From IMG/VR virus record IMGVR_UViG_3300020727_000006: 64,000 bases of DNA. The stretch is one strand, 5' to 3'. Below the pieces are notes generated by a model. It did no database searches. It had not been told where the DNA came from and saw only the letters and a list, made by a program, of their open reading frames with translations. A program made the position numbers and the translations under genes. Numbering within the stretch: the first letter of the stretch is position 1; the number at the start of each line of letters is the position of its first letter. Positions 9,695 through 18,954 of the stretch are shown piece after piece. The DNA comes from an uncultured virus (IMG/VR IMGVR_UViG_3300020727_000006) (lineage: Duplodnaviria; Heunggongvirae; Uroviricota; Caudoviricetes).

Positions 9695-9760
9695 GCTGTT
9701 GCTCCAATAAGCGATAGAGTAGGCAGGATTGCAGTCCGTGGTCTACACTATTATTTATCA
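9692..9760 (-). promoter_or_regulatory. Late promoter (ATAAATA) plus structured two-hairpin leader of the HNH gene
   Basis: TGATAAATAATAGT-GTAGAC-CAC-GGA-CTGCAA-TCC-T-GCCTAC-TCTAT-C-GCT-TATTGG-AGC-AACAGC-ATG; second copy at 43450. Confidence 0.7.
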
Positions 9761-9762
9761 TT

Positions 9763-10890
9763 TTAATTGGGCGTCCAGCGGTGTCTTGGAACTAATTTTA
9801 TATTTGGTTGACCAAATTGAACATAGCCCTCACCACCAGGAACTCCACGGGTTGATTGCTGTATGTCTGAAGATTCTTTATCAATTTGGTCAATAATTTG
9901 ATTCTTGACTGTGCGAAGATTCTCTAGTGTAGCAAAGGTTGCAATAAAACCTTTTTGGTTTTGCTTAATCCAGTCGCTAATCTTTGCTTGCATTGGTCCG
10001 CTTTGTTTGCTGCTACTGTTTAACCAGTTTACAAACTCACTGGCAAGATCGCTTGTTCTTCCAACTCTTGCCATTTGATTATTAAAGTTATAAAGAACGC
10101 CTTTAAACCCTGCCATTTTCATAGCAGCAAGGCGGTCATCGTCCAAGAAGTTATCAATTACATTTTTGTTTGCAGCAATATACTTTTGTAAGTCTTGTAA
10201 CTTTTTTGTATCTACTTTTATAGGCTGTTGTGCATATCGTGGACCTAACACAATCAATCCTTGTGTTTGATTAAATTTAGTGAAGTCATCTATTGGTTGC
10301 TGTTGATCATCGCCCATGCCAAACTGTGGAAAATAAGCATGTCCAACAACTGCTGCAGTTGCTTTTGAAATGCGCTGCCCAAGTTCAGTTGTTGCTGGTA
10401 CGCTATATGTTACATTGTTTGGTGTAAAGGTATATGAATCATTTTCCATTTGTGGGCGGCGCATAAACAACAAATCACCATATACATAACCACGAAAATC
10501 TTTAGGAGTGGCTGCTTCAAATAGCGCCCATAGACTAGCATACTCGTTTGCAAAACGCATACGCTCATCTTCTTTGTCTGGCGTTACATTGCCAGTGCTC
10601 ATAATAAATTTTACAAGTTCTTGTGGACTGCGGCTTTTTCCGCTGCCGTTTGGTTTTAACCAACCGTTGTGTCCAACCATGATAAAACTGCCATCTGGTT
10701 CGCGGCCCCAATATACTTGAGGTTTTCCATCCCATTTCCAACGAATTTGAGTTGGGCTACGAGCAAGATCACTAAGGCGACTAGCTGCAGTCTCTGCTCC
10801 AGCACTGCCACTGATGAGCACAAGGTCTTCTACATGCTGAAATGCACGACCAACTTTTGGGGCTTCGTTAATAATTTGGTTTATAAACAT
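9763..10890 (-). CDS. Ligase-superfamily nucleotidyltransferase-like protein (KWDG type)
   Basis: Motif I-like KWDGKP, GDL, and C-terminal EGYV...KLV; starts MFINQIINE. Confidence 0.6.
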   Translation of the reverse strand: MFINQIINEAPKVGRAFQHVEDLVLISGSAGAETAASRLSDLARSPTQIRWKWDGKPQVYWGREPDGSFIMVGHNGWLKPNGSGKSRSPQELVKFIMSTGNVTPDKEDERMRFANEYASLWALFEAATPKDFRGYVYGDLLFMRRPQMENDSYTFTPNNVTYSVPATTELGQRISKATAAVVGHAYFPQFGMGDDQQQPIDDFTKFNQTQGLIVLGPRYAQQPIKVDTKKLQDLQKYIAANKNVIDNFLDDDRLAAMKMAGFKGVLYNFNNQMARVGRTSDLASEFVNWLNSSSKQSGPMQAKISDWIKQNQKGFIATFATLENLRTVKNQIIDQIDKESSDIQQSTRGVPGGEGYVQFGQPNIKLVPRHRWTPN

Positions 10891-10900
10891 TATGCAATAT

Positions 10901-11377
10901 TTATAGGTTTTCTAAGAACCACATATATGTGGGAACTGAAAACTTCAACCGCCATTCGCCGTTGAAACCAAAGTTTTGATACTTTTCAGGCTCTGGTGTA
11001 TCTGAAAAAACAGGAGAACCATTGCTAGTTCCTGTCTGGCGATAAAATTCACCAGATGAATAGTATAGATAATCTAATTCAATTTCATCAATCTCAACTT
11101 GTTTTAAGTTTAACAGTTGGTCTTTTAAAATTTTTCCGCTATCATCTACTTGCGTGTTTATGTCTGTTTTACCAAGAAGGCGAATTTTTAAATAATGTTC
11201 GCCTTCTTCTAAATCTTCGCTAAAACTAATGATCTTTTGCTGACCATCTTCTTCTTTTTCAGTAACTTGTCCATATTCTATAAAATCATCATCAATCAAT
11301 ATCTCATAGTTTGGCGCATCTTTCCACCAAACAGAATCCATTGTTAATTTAAATTCTACAGTTTCAATATCGGACAT
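10901..11377 (-). CDS. Hypothetical acidic protein
   Basis: 158-aa ORF tightly packed in operon. Confidence 0.7.
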   Translation of the reverse strand: MSDIETVEFKLTMDSVWWKDAPNYEILIDDDFIEYGQVTEKEEDGQQKIISFSEDLEEGEHYLKIRLLGKTDINTQVDDSGKILKDQLLNLKQVEIDEIELDYLYYSSGEFYRQTGTSNGSPVFSDTPEPEKYQNFGFNGEWRLKFSVPTYMWFLENL

Positions 11378-11378
11378 G

Positions 11379-12269
11379 TTACTTTCCTTTAGAAGAAATC
11401 TTTAATTTGCTTTTGTCACCAGTATTTAATTTAAGTTTAATTGGCGTTGGTGCGCCTTGTGGTGGAGCAGCCTGTGGCTGACTCTGTGGGTCAAGATGAT
11501 GCGGTCCACCATTTGAAACTTGGTTTGTCAACACCTTCTTAAGTTCTTCAACATTGCCTTCGTACTTGTGATATCCAGTATGATCCAGTTTAATGCCAGT
11601 GTCAGCAAAAATCTTGCCACCAGCAAGCCGCCATAGATAACAGAATGTCCAATCTTCGCTTAGATAATTGTCATCCTTATCAATCATGGTATCAAACAAA
11701 CCATACATAAGTGGTTCGTATTGTGGACCAATACCAATATTATCGCGATACTTTAATTCTGGATGCAATGAGATTAGGTTCTCAATAACATGACGCTTAA
11801 CCATCATGAAACCAGTTCCAAGTGTACTAACTTCAACAAGGTCACCCATAGTAACTGGATTTGGAACAGTGTTAATAACATAACGAATTGGAATACGCTT
11901 CATTGGATATACGCCACCGACGACATCCTGATTGGCGAGTAGTAGACGAATGATTGCTTCTGGGTCAAACCCTAAGTCAACATCAATAAACATAAGGTGT
12001 GTTGCTGCTTGATTATACAAGAACTTAGCAACAAGATTGTTACGACCACGGGTAATAAGTGATTCGTTAACCATGGTATCAATTGAATAATTAAGACCAA
12101 GTTTTCCAGCAATGATACCAAACTTGATCATTGCGATAAAAGTAGCTTCGTTACATAATCCGCCGTACATTGGCAGACAGAAATGAATATGTTGTTGGCG
12201 GAGAAATTCTAGTGCTTCTGGCGGTAAGCCATGGTCGTTCTGTGGTGGTACAGTATTTTCTTCAGTCAT
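11379..12269 (-). CDS. GT-A fold glycosyltransferase-like protein
   Basis: SLITRGRN, HLMFIDVD (DxD), GTGFMM, LSEDWTFC, LDHTG. Confidence 0.75.
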   Translation of the reverse strand: MTEENTVPPQNDHGLPPEALEFLRQQHIHFCLPMYGGLCNEATFIAMIKFGIIAGKLGLNYSIDTMVNESLITRGRNNLVAKFLYNQAATHLMFIDVDLGFDPEAIIRLLLANQDVVGGVYPMKRIPIRYVINTVPNPVTMGDLVEVSTLGTGFMMVKRHVIENLISLHPELKYRDNIGIGPQYEPLMYGLFDTMIDKDDNYLSEDWTFCYLWRLAGGKIFADTGIKLDHTGYHKYEGNVEELKKVLTNQVSNGGPHHLDPQSQPQAAPPQGAPTPIKLKLNTGDKSKLKISSKGK

Positions 12270-12302
12270 TCGTTGATAATCTTTCCTAAGTTTTATTGAG
12301 TA

Positions 12303-12674
12303 TTATGTATTATATAGCACTCTGCCGATGTTACCCGCAGAAAAGTTTGTTACATGGGCGCGACACCAGACAAAGTTGCCAGTAAAATTGAAATAATAAG
12401 TTCCTGAAACAGAAGTAGTTCCATCACCAATGCTGGTGTTGGGAACATCAAACCAATCGCTTTCTTGTGGATTGGTTACGAGAGTAGCTTGAAATTTTAA
12501 TATGCCGTTAAAAGCTATGACATTGTAGGTTACTGTATGTAAACCATCAGTATAACCATAATAGCCATTGCCTTTAAGCTTGTTACTGCTCCAAGTAGTA
12601 CTAACGCCATCATATGGCGGATAAACTTGTCCAAATTGAATTGCACTTAATACTACTTGCGGTAAACTAGCCAT
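12303..12674 (-). CDS. Hypothetical, probably structural beta-rich protein
   Basis: 123-aa G/T/Y-rich ORF. Confidence 0.6.
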   Translation of the reverse strand: MASLPQVVLSAIQFGQVYPPYDGVSTTWSSNKLKGNGYYGYTDGLHTVTYNVIAFNGILKFQATLVTNPQESDWFDVPNTSIGDGTTSVSGTYYFNFTGNFVWCRAHVTNFSAGNIGRVLYNT

Positions 12675-12840
12675 TCTTTTCCACTTCTACTAAACATTTA
12701 TCGCCAGCAAGTTCTTGAATAACTGCAACCAACTGGTCTACTGTATCCTTATCTAGTTTAGTTGCAACATCATTAGCTTGCGCATCTGGAACTAGTTGTG
12801 ATACTTTAATTGTAATTGATTCTTCGTATAATTTAGCCAT
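12667..12840 (-). CDS. Small hypothetical protein (57 aa, below track cutoff)
   Basis: MAKLYEESITIKVSQLVP...EVEKNG; GGAG SD and ATAAATA upstream; fills the gap exactly. Confidence 0.7.
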   Translation of the reverse strand: MAKLYEESITIKVSQLVPDAQANDVATKLDKDTVDQLVAVIQELAGDKCLVEVEKNG

Positions 12841-13183
12841 TGATATTCTCCAATGTATTTATTCTAGGTTTACGGCCACGCTTTTTACCTGCGCCACGAA
12901 CCACGCCATTTGCTTTAATATCATATGCAAGTCCAAGGCGTGTGGGTTCCATGCCATCAATTTCTTCAATCTTGTCAATTGGAACACTAAATTTGCGACC
13001 AGTGCGATGTGAAGAAATAAACTTCATGGTGCCTTCATCGCTGACAATTCTATCTACATTAAGGAATAGCAGCTTTTCCGTTGGCATACCACCAAATGCA
13101 GAAACTGGACATCTTGCTAAGATACGAGTCTTGCTATTCACGATACCACGATTGATAAGGGCTGTTGCTAATTCTAAATTCAT
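12833..13183 (-). CDS. Hypothetical protein with C-terminal AT-hook-like motif
   Basis: KKRGRKPR near C-terminus. Confidence 0.65.
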   Translation of the reverse strand: MNLELATALINRGIVNSKTRILARCPVSAFGGMPTEKLLFLNVDRIVSDEGTMKFISSHRTGRKFSVPIDKIEEIDGMEPTRLGLAYDIKANGVVRGAGKKRGRKPRINTLENING

Positions 13184-13187
13184 TGTG

Positions 13188-13889
13188 TTACACCTTTACT
13201 CTCTTTACTAATTTGTAAACTTTTTTAATTCCATTTTGAAATAACATATACAACAGTGGAATATTGTCTGCACTTCTGCAGAATACACGAACACTGCCAT
13301 AATAATAATGATTATCAAGTCCTATCATAGCACGAGAACACCAACGGTTTAGTTCAAATGACAGGAACAAATCATCTTTGTTGTTATTAACAAACTCATA
13401 CAATTCAAGCAAGTTTTGTCTTTGTGTTTGTTTGCTACTACCTTGCCCACCACCTACCCAACCCCAATAAGTTTCAAAGTCAACTTGATAAGGAACTGTT
13501 GGATCATATTTTTTCTCACTTACCAGTTTAACATCTACTGCGATATTGTCAAGGTTTTTTATCGCTGTAATATACTGATCATTACTTGTGGTAAATCTTT
13601 TGACTGCGGCAAGAAGTGATGGATCATCAAGAATAGCATCAAGTGCTGTCGTGCTATTGGTAAAGAAACGCAAGTATGATTCTTTACGAAGCCGACAGTC
13701 TGGGTCAAGATTTTTTAAGGTTTTTCGCATATTTTCACGAATATCCCAATCTCTTGGAATTGTTAATTCTACACGAAAGTGATACTTGCCATACCACAGT
13801 TTGTTTTCGGTATCAATGCGCCACTTAAACAAATGGTCTCTGAACTGATCACGGTATTCAATCAGCGTTAATTCTGCTATCTCTGTCAT
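13188..13889 (-). CDS. Hypothetical protein
   Basis: 233-aa ORF overlapping the clpA end. Confidence 0.65.
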   Translation of the reverse strand: MTEIAELTLIEYRDQFRDHLFKWRIDTENKLWYGKYHFRVELTIPRDWDIRENMRKTLKNLDPDCRLRKESYLRFFTNSTTALDAILDDPSLLAAVKRFTTSNDQYITAIKNLDNIAVDVKLVSEKKYDPTVPYQVDFETYWGWVGGGQGSSKQTQRQNLLELYEFVNNNKDDLFLSFELNRWCSRAMIGLDNHYYYGSVRVFCRSADNIPLLYMLFQNGIKKVYKLVKRVKV

Positions 13890-16095
13890 CTTGTGCTACC
13901 AATTCTAACTTGTCAACATTTAGGTCTACCTTAATACTAGCATGATTTTTTGTCTTGTCAAACAAAATCATCTTAGCTAACGGAACTTTAATGTGTTCAT
14001 GAATTGTGCGACTCATGGGGCGAGCACCTAAACTTGGTGTATAACCAGTCTTACATAGCCAATCAAGCGCAGAATTAGTTAATGATACAGATGTATTCTT
14101 TAATGCAAGTTGTTCATTGAGTTCACGAATGAATTTCTCTGCAACCTTGCGAATAGTAGCCCCATCAAGTTTATTGAATGTAACAATCGCATCAACACGA
14201 TTGCGGAACTCTGGACGGAAGAACTCTTTAACAGCAGCATCAACTGTATCGCTGCGATCTTGATTACCAAAACCAATAGCAAGGCGTTCACTGTCTGCAG
14301 CACCAAGATTGCTTGTCATAATAAGAATAGATTGACGACAATCTGCTTTCTTGCCATTGCTACCCGTAATAAACCCTTCGTCCATTACTTGTAGTAGAAC
14401 TTGAGTTACATCTGGGTGCGCCTTTTCAATCTCATCAAAGAGAATGATACAATGTGGGTTCTTTGCTACTTCACTGATGAGCAAGCCACCAGCTAGGTTA
14501 CTATCTTCATAACCAACATAGCCAGGAGGTGCACCTATAAGGCGTGAAATAGCATGTTTTTCTTGATATTCACTCATATCAAAGCGCAGCAGTTTCATGC
14601 TTAAACGATCTGCCAATTGCTTAGCAAGTTCTGTCTTACCTGTGCCAGTTGGACCAAGGAATAAAAACGATCCAACAGGTTTATTATCACTTTTTAAACC
14701 AGCTTGCGATACCCACACACGATCAAGAACCTTATCGACTGCAGTATCTTGGTTAAACACAATAGATTTAATTTCTGTACCAATATTAGGCATAATCTTT
14801 TGTGTATTTTCTGCGCCAAGTTGTGCTTCTGGAATACCAGTGATACGAGAAAGTTCACGACGAATTTGATTTACATCAATAGTACGAGAACCACGAGACT
14901 GTGTACGACGAAGCGCAGCAGCACTATCAATAAGATCAATTGCTTTATCTGGTAATCGCTTGTCTGCTTGATAACGATGACTTAAGTTTACTGCTTCATT
15001 GATAGCATTTTCTGTAATCTTTACATTATGAAATGTTTCATATATTTCTTTAAGACCAAGCAGGATTTGCTTACTAACTTCAACGCTTGGTTCATCAACA
15101 GTAACACGATTGAAACGACGCATAAGAGCACGATCTTTTTCAAAGTGCTGCGTATATTCTTCCCAAGTTGTTGATGCAATAACTTTAAAGTCACCACGAG
15201 CAAGTGCTGGCTTCAACATGTTGCTTAAATCAACTGCACTGTTGCTGCCACCACCTGCGCCACGCATCTGGTGTGCTTCGTCAATAAACAGAATAACATT
15301 TCCTAATTCTGTTGCAGCAGAAATGATTTCTTGAAGTCGCTCTTCGAAATCACCACGATATTTGGTACCTGCGAGCAAGCTGCCAATATTGAGGCTGTAA
15401 ACTTCATAGTTCTTAATAAACTTTGGTACATTGCCATTGATAATATTCAGTGCAAGACCTTCTGCAATTGCAGTTTTACCTACACCTGCATCGCCTACAA
15501 GCAACGCATTGCATTTATTCTTACGAGCAAGAATTTGTGTTAATTCAGCAAGTTCTGTTTCACGCCCAATTACAGGATCAATCTTGCCATTTGCTGCTTG
15601 AGTATTAAGGTTTGTACAATACTCTTCCATTGTTTTGGTAGCAAATCCACCCGCCGATGTTTTCTTTGGCTTAGATTTATTATAAATTTCAACAACTTTT
15701 TCTGGTTCTACACCATACTTGTTTAAGAAATATACAGCGTGACTGTGAATTTCTTTAGAAATACTAAGGTATAGATCAGTAACATGAATAGTTTGACGAC
15801 CAAGTAAAATAACTTGTGTGAAAGCACGATTGAACACTCGCTCAAGGCTTTGTGTTCTTTTTGGTTCATCTATGGATTTTACTGGAACATTATCAAAGAT
15901 ATGCTCTTCGATTTCTGCGGTTAGTTGCTCTACATCAACTCCTAACCCTTGCAGAATTCCAAAGAATCCTTTTTCATGGAGCATACTAAGCAATAGATGC
16001 TCGATGGTGAAATATTCGTGACTGTTATCCGTTGCAAACTGCTTTGCAAACTTAACAATTTTTTCTAGGTCGCCGTTGCTACTAAATTGGGTCAT
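13858..16095 (-). CDS. clpA: ATP-dependent Clp protease ATP-binding subunit ClpA
   Basis: Clp-N (EHLLL); two AAA+ modules (GDAGVGKT/FIDEAH and GPTGTGKT/FDEIEK); GYVG pore loop; IGF ClpP-docking loop; no ClpB M-domain. Confidence 0.92.
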   Translation of the reverse strand: MTQFSSNGDLEKIVKFAKQFATDNSHEYFTIEHLLLSMLHEKGFFGILQGLGVDVEQLTAEIEEHIFDNVPVKSIDEPKRTQSLERVFNRAFTQVILLGRQTIHVTDLYLSISKEIHSHAVYFLNKYGVEPEKVVEIYNKSKPKKTSAGGFATKTMEEYCTNLNTQAANGKIDPVIGRETELAELTQILARKNKCNALLVGDAGVGKTAIAEGLALNIINGNVPKFIKNYEVYSLNIGSLLAGTKYRGDFEERLQEIISAATELGNVILFIDEAHQMRGAGGGSNSAVDLSNMLKPALARGDFKVIASTTWEEYTQHFEKDRALMRRFNRVTVDEPSVEVSKQILLGLKEIYETFHNVKITENAINEAVNLSHRYQADKRLPDKAIDLIDSAAALRRTQSRGSRTIDVNQIRRELSRITGIPEAQLGAENTQKIMPNIGTEIKSIVFNQDTAVDKVLDRVWVSQAGLKSDNKPVGSFLFLGPTGTGKTELAKQLADRLSMKLLRFDMSEYQEKHAISRLIGAPPGYVGYEDSNLAGGLLISEVAKNPHCIILFDEIEKAHPDVTQVLLQVMDEGFITGSNGKKADCRQSILIMTSNLGAADSERLAIGFGNQDRSDTVDAAVKEFFRPEFRNRVDAIVTFNKLDGATIRKVAEKFIRELNEQLALKNTSVSLTNSALDWLCKTGYTPSLGARPMSRTIHEHIKVPLAKMILFDKTKNHASIKVDLNVDKLELVAQDDRDSRINAD

Positions 16096-16101
16096 ATTAT
16101 T

Positions 16102-16129
16102 AATATAACAGATTTCTATTGTTTGTCAA
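16102..16129 (-). promoter_or_regulatory. Sigma70-like early promoter, representative of a family
   Basis: TTGACA-N16-TATATT; same spacing at 45279-45306(-), 57470-57497(-), 58799-58826(-) and 58841-58868(+). Confidence 0.7.
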
Positions 16130-16998
16130 GTATTTATAGGACGAATTTTTTGAATTTCTTTGATTAAATTTAACTGGTCGGTTGTTAGAGCAGTTGGTAT
16201 CATGATATTGATCTTGGCTATGTATTTGCCTCTACCAGCGTTATGGTTTCTAGGAAAACCTTCGTCTGTAATGCCAAACTGCGATTGGTGCTGCGTTCCT
16301 GGCGGAACATATAACTCTATTGTTCTGCCGCTTGGTAATTGTACAGTAAGTGTATGCCCAATAATTGCTTGGAAACAATCAATGGTTATGTCTTCAATGA
16401 TGTTTTCGCCATTTCTGAAAAACCTGTTATGTGGCTTTACTCGTATAGCTACTTCAAGGTTTCCACGAGGGATGCCAATATTTAAATCATCACCGCGATT
16501 GGCAACAGTAAAAACTGTGCCACTATCAACGCCACTAGGAATCTCAATCTGCAGTGTTTCTGTTGTATTTGAAGTTTTATATTCTAGAACTTTAACCTGC
16601 GAATTGAGTGTTTCTAAAAAATCTAGTTCAACTGTTAATCTGATATTACGATTGCGCTGTGGTTGACGAGTGTGAAACCCAAAATGTTGAAAAATTTGTT
16701 CATGTATGTTTGGAAATGGATCGCCAGCATTAAAATTAAAATTAAATTCAAATGGATTGCCGCCGCCAGAATGTTGTGCATGTGGGCTATACTGTGGTTG
16801 AGGATTGCGCAGCATATGGTCATAATGTGCACGAGCGTTTTGATCACTTAGTGTACTATATGCCTCGTTAATCTGCTGAAACTTAGCCTGATCACCGCCC
16901 ATATCTGGGTGATGTTGTTTAGCAAGGCTTCTAAAAGCAGCCTTTAATTCTTCGGGGCTAGCACTTTCCGCTACGCCAAGTGTTTGATAATGACTCAT
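16126..16998 (-). CDS. DnaJ/CbpA-like co-chaperone
   Basis: J-domain with HPD, G/F-rich linker, DnaJ C-terminal domain, no Zn fingers. Confidence 0.9.
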   Translation of the reverse strand: MSHYQTLGVAESASPEELKAAFRSLAKQHHPDMGGDQAKFQQINEAYSTLSDQNARAHYDHMLRNPQPQYSPHAQHSGGGNPFEFNFNFNAGDPFPNIHEQIFQHFGFHTRQPQRNRNIRLTVELDFLETLNSQVKVLEYKTSNTTETLQIEIPSGVDSGTVFTVANRGDDLNIGIPRGNLEVAIRVKPHNRFFRNGENIIEDITIDCFQAIIGHTLTVQLPSGRTIELYVPPGTQHQSQFGITDEGFPRNHNAGRGKYIAKINIMIPTALTTDQLNLIKEIQKIRPINT

Positions 16999-17036
16999 AT
17001 GGTAATTATGCCACGATAACAGATATCTGTCAAGAA

Positions 17037-17654
17037 TTAAGTGGTGCTAATTGAACCAACATTTGGTTTTGTGCCAGCCGCTGCCGCTGCTGCACCCGCT
17101 GATGTTTTCTCTTGCGTTCTGCCATAAGCAGTAATACCAAGAATAGCACCAAATGCAAGATGAATTAATCCACCATTAGCCAATGTTAAACTTTGCCATT
17201 GAGTATAAGTTACCGTGGTGGCACCAAGACCTTTTAAGAAAATTGGCATCATCATGCTTAATATGGGCGCAATGATAAAGTCAAACGCACAGATAAGCAT
17301 ATAAAGCCAACCCATTGCTGGACGCCAATATGATTTCATCCAATGTTCACTGGTTTTAGTTTCTTTCTTTGATTCTTCTTTGGCTATTTGTGCTCGTTCA
17401 TAAGAAATTTCATCTTCTTTTTGATCTTCATGACGATCTTCAATCGCCATCTTATGATATTCTTTTTTCTCTTCTAGCGCAAAACGCATTTCTTCAAGAC
17501 GAAGTTTACGAAGTTCAATGTTATTCTGATCTGATTCTGATAATACAGGCGCAGGCGGAGCAGCAGTTTTTAACTGCGCATCTTCTGGACGCTCATCATC
17601 TGCCATACGACGAGGGCCGATTGGTTCATCATCTTCTTCAATTACTACTGCCAC
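17037..17654 (-). CDS. Holin-like membrane protein (GTA 3TM-holin-like) with long charged N-terminus; start uncertain
   Basis: WRPAMGWLY followed by hydrophobic helices and LGITAYGRTQEK; adjacent to spanins; probable GTG at 17654. Confidence 0.65.
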   Translation of the reverse strand: MAVVIEEDDEPIGPRRMADDERPEDAQLKTAAPPAPVLSESDQNNIELRKLRLEEMRFALEEKKEYHKMAIEDRHEDQKEDEISYERAQIAKEESKKETKTSEHWMKSYWRPAMGWLYMLICAFDFIIAPILSMMMPIFLKGLGATTVTYTQWQSLTLANGGLIHLAFGAILGITAYGRTQEKTSAGAAAAAAGTKPNVGSISTT

Positions 17655-18048
17655 TGGTACTTCCTTGAGTAGTTGAGGTTTTGGTGGTTCCATCTTTAGT
17701 GGCTTGGGAATCGTAATATTGTTTATATGCACTAATTTGTGCTTGATATTGTCTAATGACTTTAACAAGGTTGGCTTGGTTGACTGCCAAGTCTTCGTAA
17801 TCTCTTGGATTAATGGCGAAAAGGCTTTCGCTATGTGCTTTTCCAAATGCCGTGTCAATGTGATCTTCACTTCCTGGTTTTGCTGCTTTATTTACCACAT
17901 GCCATTCAATGTCATTTAAATGAATGTTATCCACGCTAGGCAACACAAGTGTTGGTCTTTCAACTGTAACAACTGCTGTTGTTGGTTGTGCTGTCTGACA
18001 AGCAGCAAGTAATAAACATAGGGGAAGTGCCTTAACAACCTTTAACAT
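17638..18048 (-). CDS. o-spanin-like lipoprotein
   Basis: Lipobox LLAAC; overlaps the i-spanin end. Confidence 0.75.
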   Translation of the reverse strand: MLKVVKALPLCLLLAACQTAQPTTAVVTVERPTLVLPSVDNIHLNDIEWHVVNKAAKPGSEDHIDTAFGKAHSESLFAINPRDYEDLAVNQANLVKVIRQYQAQISAYKQYYDSQATKDGTTKTSTTQGSTSGSSN

Positions 18049-18433
18049 TGGATATACCTTTATTGACTGTATCTTCTATACAACGGAATGATTTTGCAGT
18101 CGCGTCATTCATACGCTTTTTAACTTCGGCTGGCTTAGTTGCAGCAAATGCGCCAAGATCACGATTATTCTTTGTAAATTTTGCCTGAATATCATCTGCT
18201 TCATTGCGAGCAGATTGGTAATCATCAAATGTTTTTTGTGATATGGCTTGCTGTTCTTTTAAATCTGCTTGTGTTTTTTCAAGTGTTGCTGTTGTTGTCT
18301 TAAGAGCAAAGTCTTTTGTTGCAACTTCTTGATTTAACCTCGCGAGTTCATCTTGGGTATATTTAAAATACCCAACCCCTGCGCCAATTAAACCAATGAT
18401 AACAAATATCTTCCAAAGACTGAATCCAAACAT
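18032..18433 (-). CDS. i-spanin-like protein
   Basis: N-terminal TM helix, coiled coil, C-terminal Cys residues. Confidence 0.75.
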   Translation of the reverse strand: MFGFSLWKIFVIIGLIGAGVGYFKYTQDELARLNQEVATKDFALKTTTATLEKTQADLKEQQAISQKTFDDYQSARNEADDIQAKFTKNNRDLGAFAATKPAEVKKRMNDATAKSFRCIEDTVNKGISNVKGC

Positions 18434-18954
18434 TAGATAATTCCACTTAGTTTTTTGATAGTTTCTATTTCATTATTTAGTTTCTTGGTCTCTTCAGTTA
18501 TTCTCTCGAATTGTGTAACATCCTGTTCATATTTTTCAGGAGTCATTGGAACAACTTTAGTAAAATTTTCTTCATTCATTTGCATATAATCACTACTTTT
18601 ATACCAACGAAACTTCCACTTGTCTGGTTTAATTCCAGTCAAATGATCAAGGTCAGTTAGCATTTCACTGATATATTTGTAAAGATTTGGTCTGCGTTGC
18701 GCTTCAACAAACACTAAGCGATTCATGTCGGAGATTTCGCCAGTACTTACATCTGCGTCTAATACCCAATCATAGCCGTTTTCTAAGAAACTAACTAAAT
18801 CAGTTGCTGGCATAATATCACGAATTTTAAAACTCAATGTAACAACATCCTGTGGTTGTCCCATCTTGCTGTTATACTCATCAATATGAATTGTATCGCT
18901 GACCAAGTAGTTAAGGTCGCCCATTTGTAAACCTTCAGAAAGTTGGCGCTGCAC
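18433..18954 (-). CDS. Hypothetical protein
   Basis: Likely GTG start after AAGGAG, giving MQRQLSEGL... Confidence 0.6.
   Translation of the reverse strand: MQRQLSEGLQMGDLNYLVSDTIHIDEYNSKMGQPQDVVTLSFKIRDIMPATDLVSFLENGYDWVLDADVSTGEISDMNRLVFVEAQRRPNLYKYISEMLTDLDHLTGIKPDKWKFRWYKSSDYMQMNEENFTKVVPMTPEKYEQDVTQFERITEETKKLNNEIETIKKLSGII

Noticed and set aside
9014..9762. Group I intron carrying the HNH gene
   Set aside because: Flanking genes have their own stop and start, and there is no room or visible core for an intron
17655..17870. Long overlap of the holin ORF with the o-spanin, as in the track
   Set aside because: Probably an upstream in-frame extension; a downstream start near the spanin stop is more plausible
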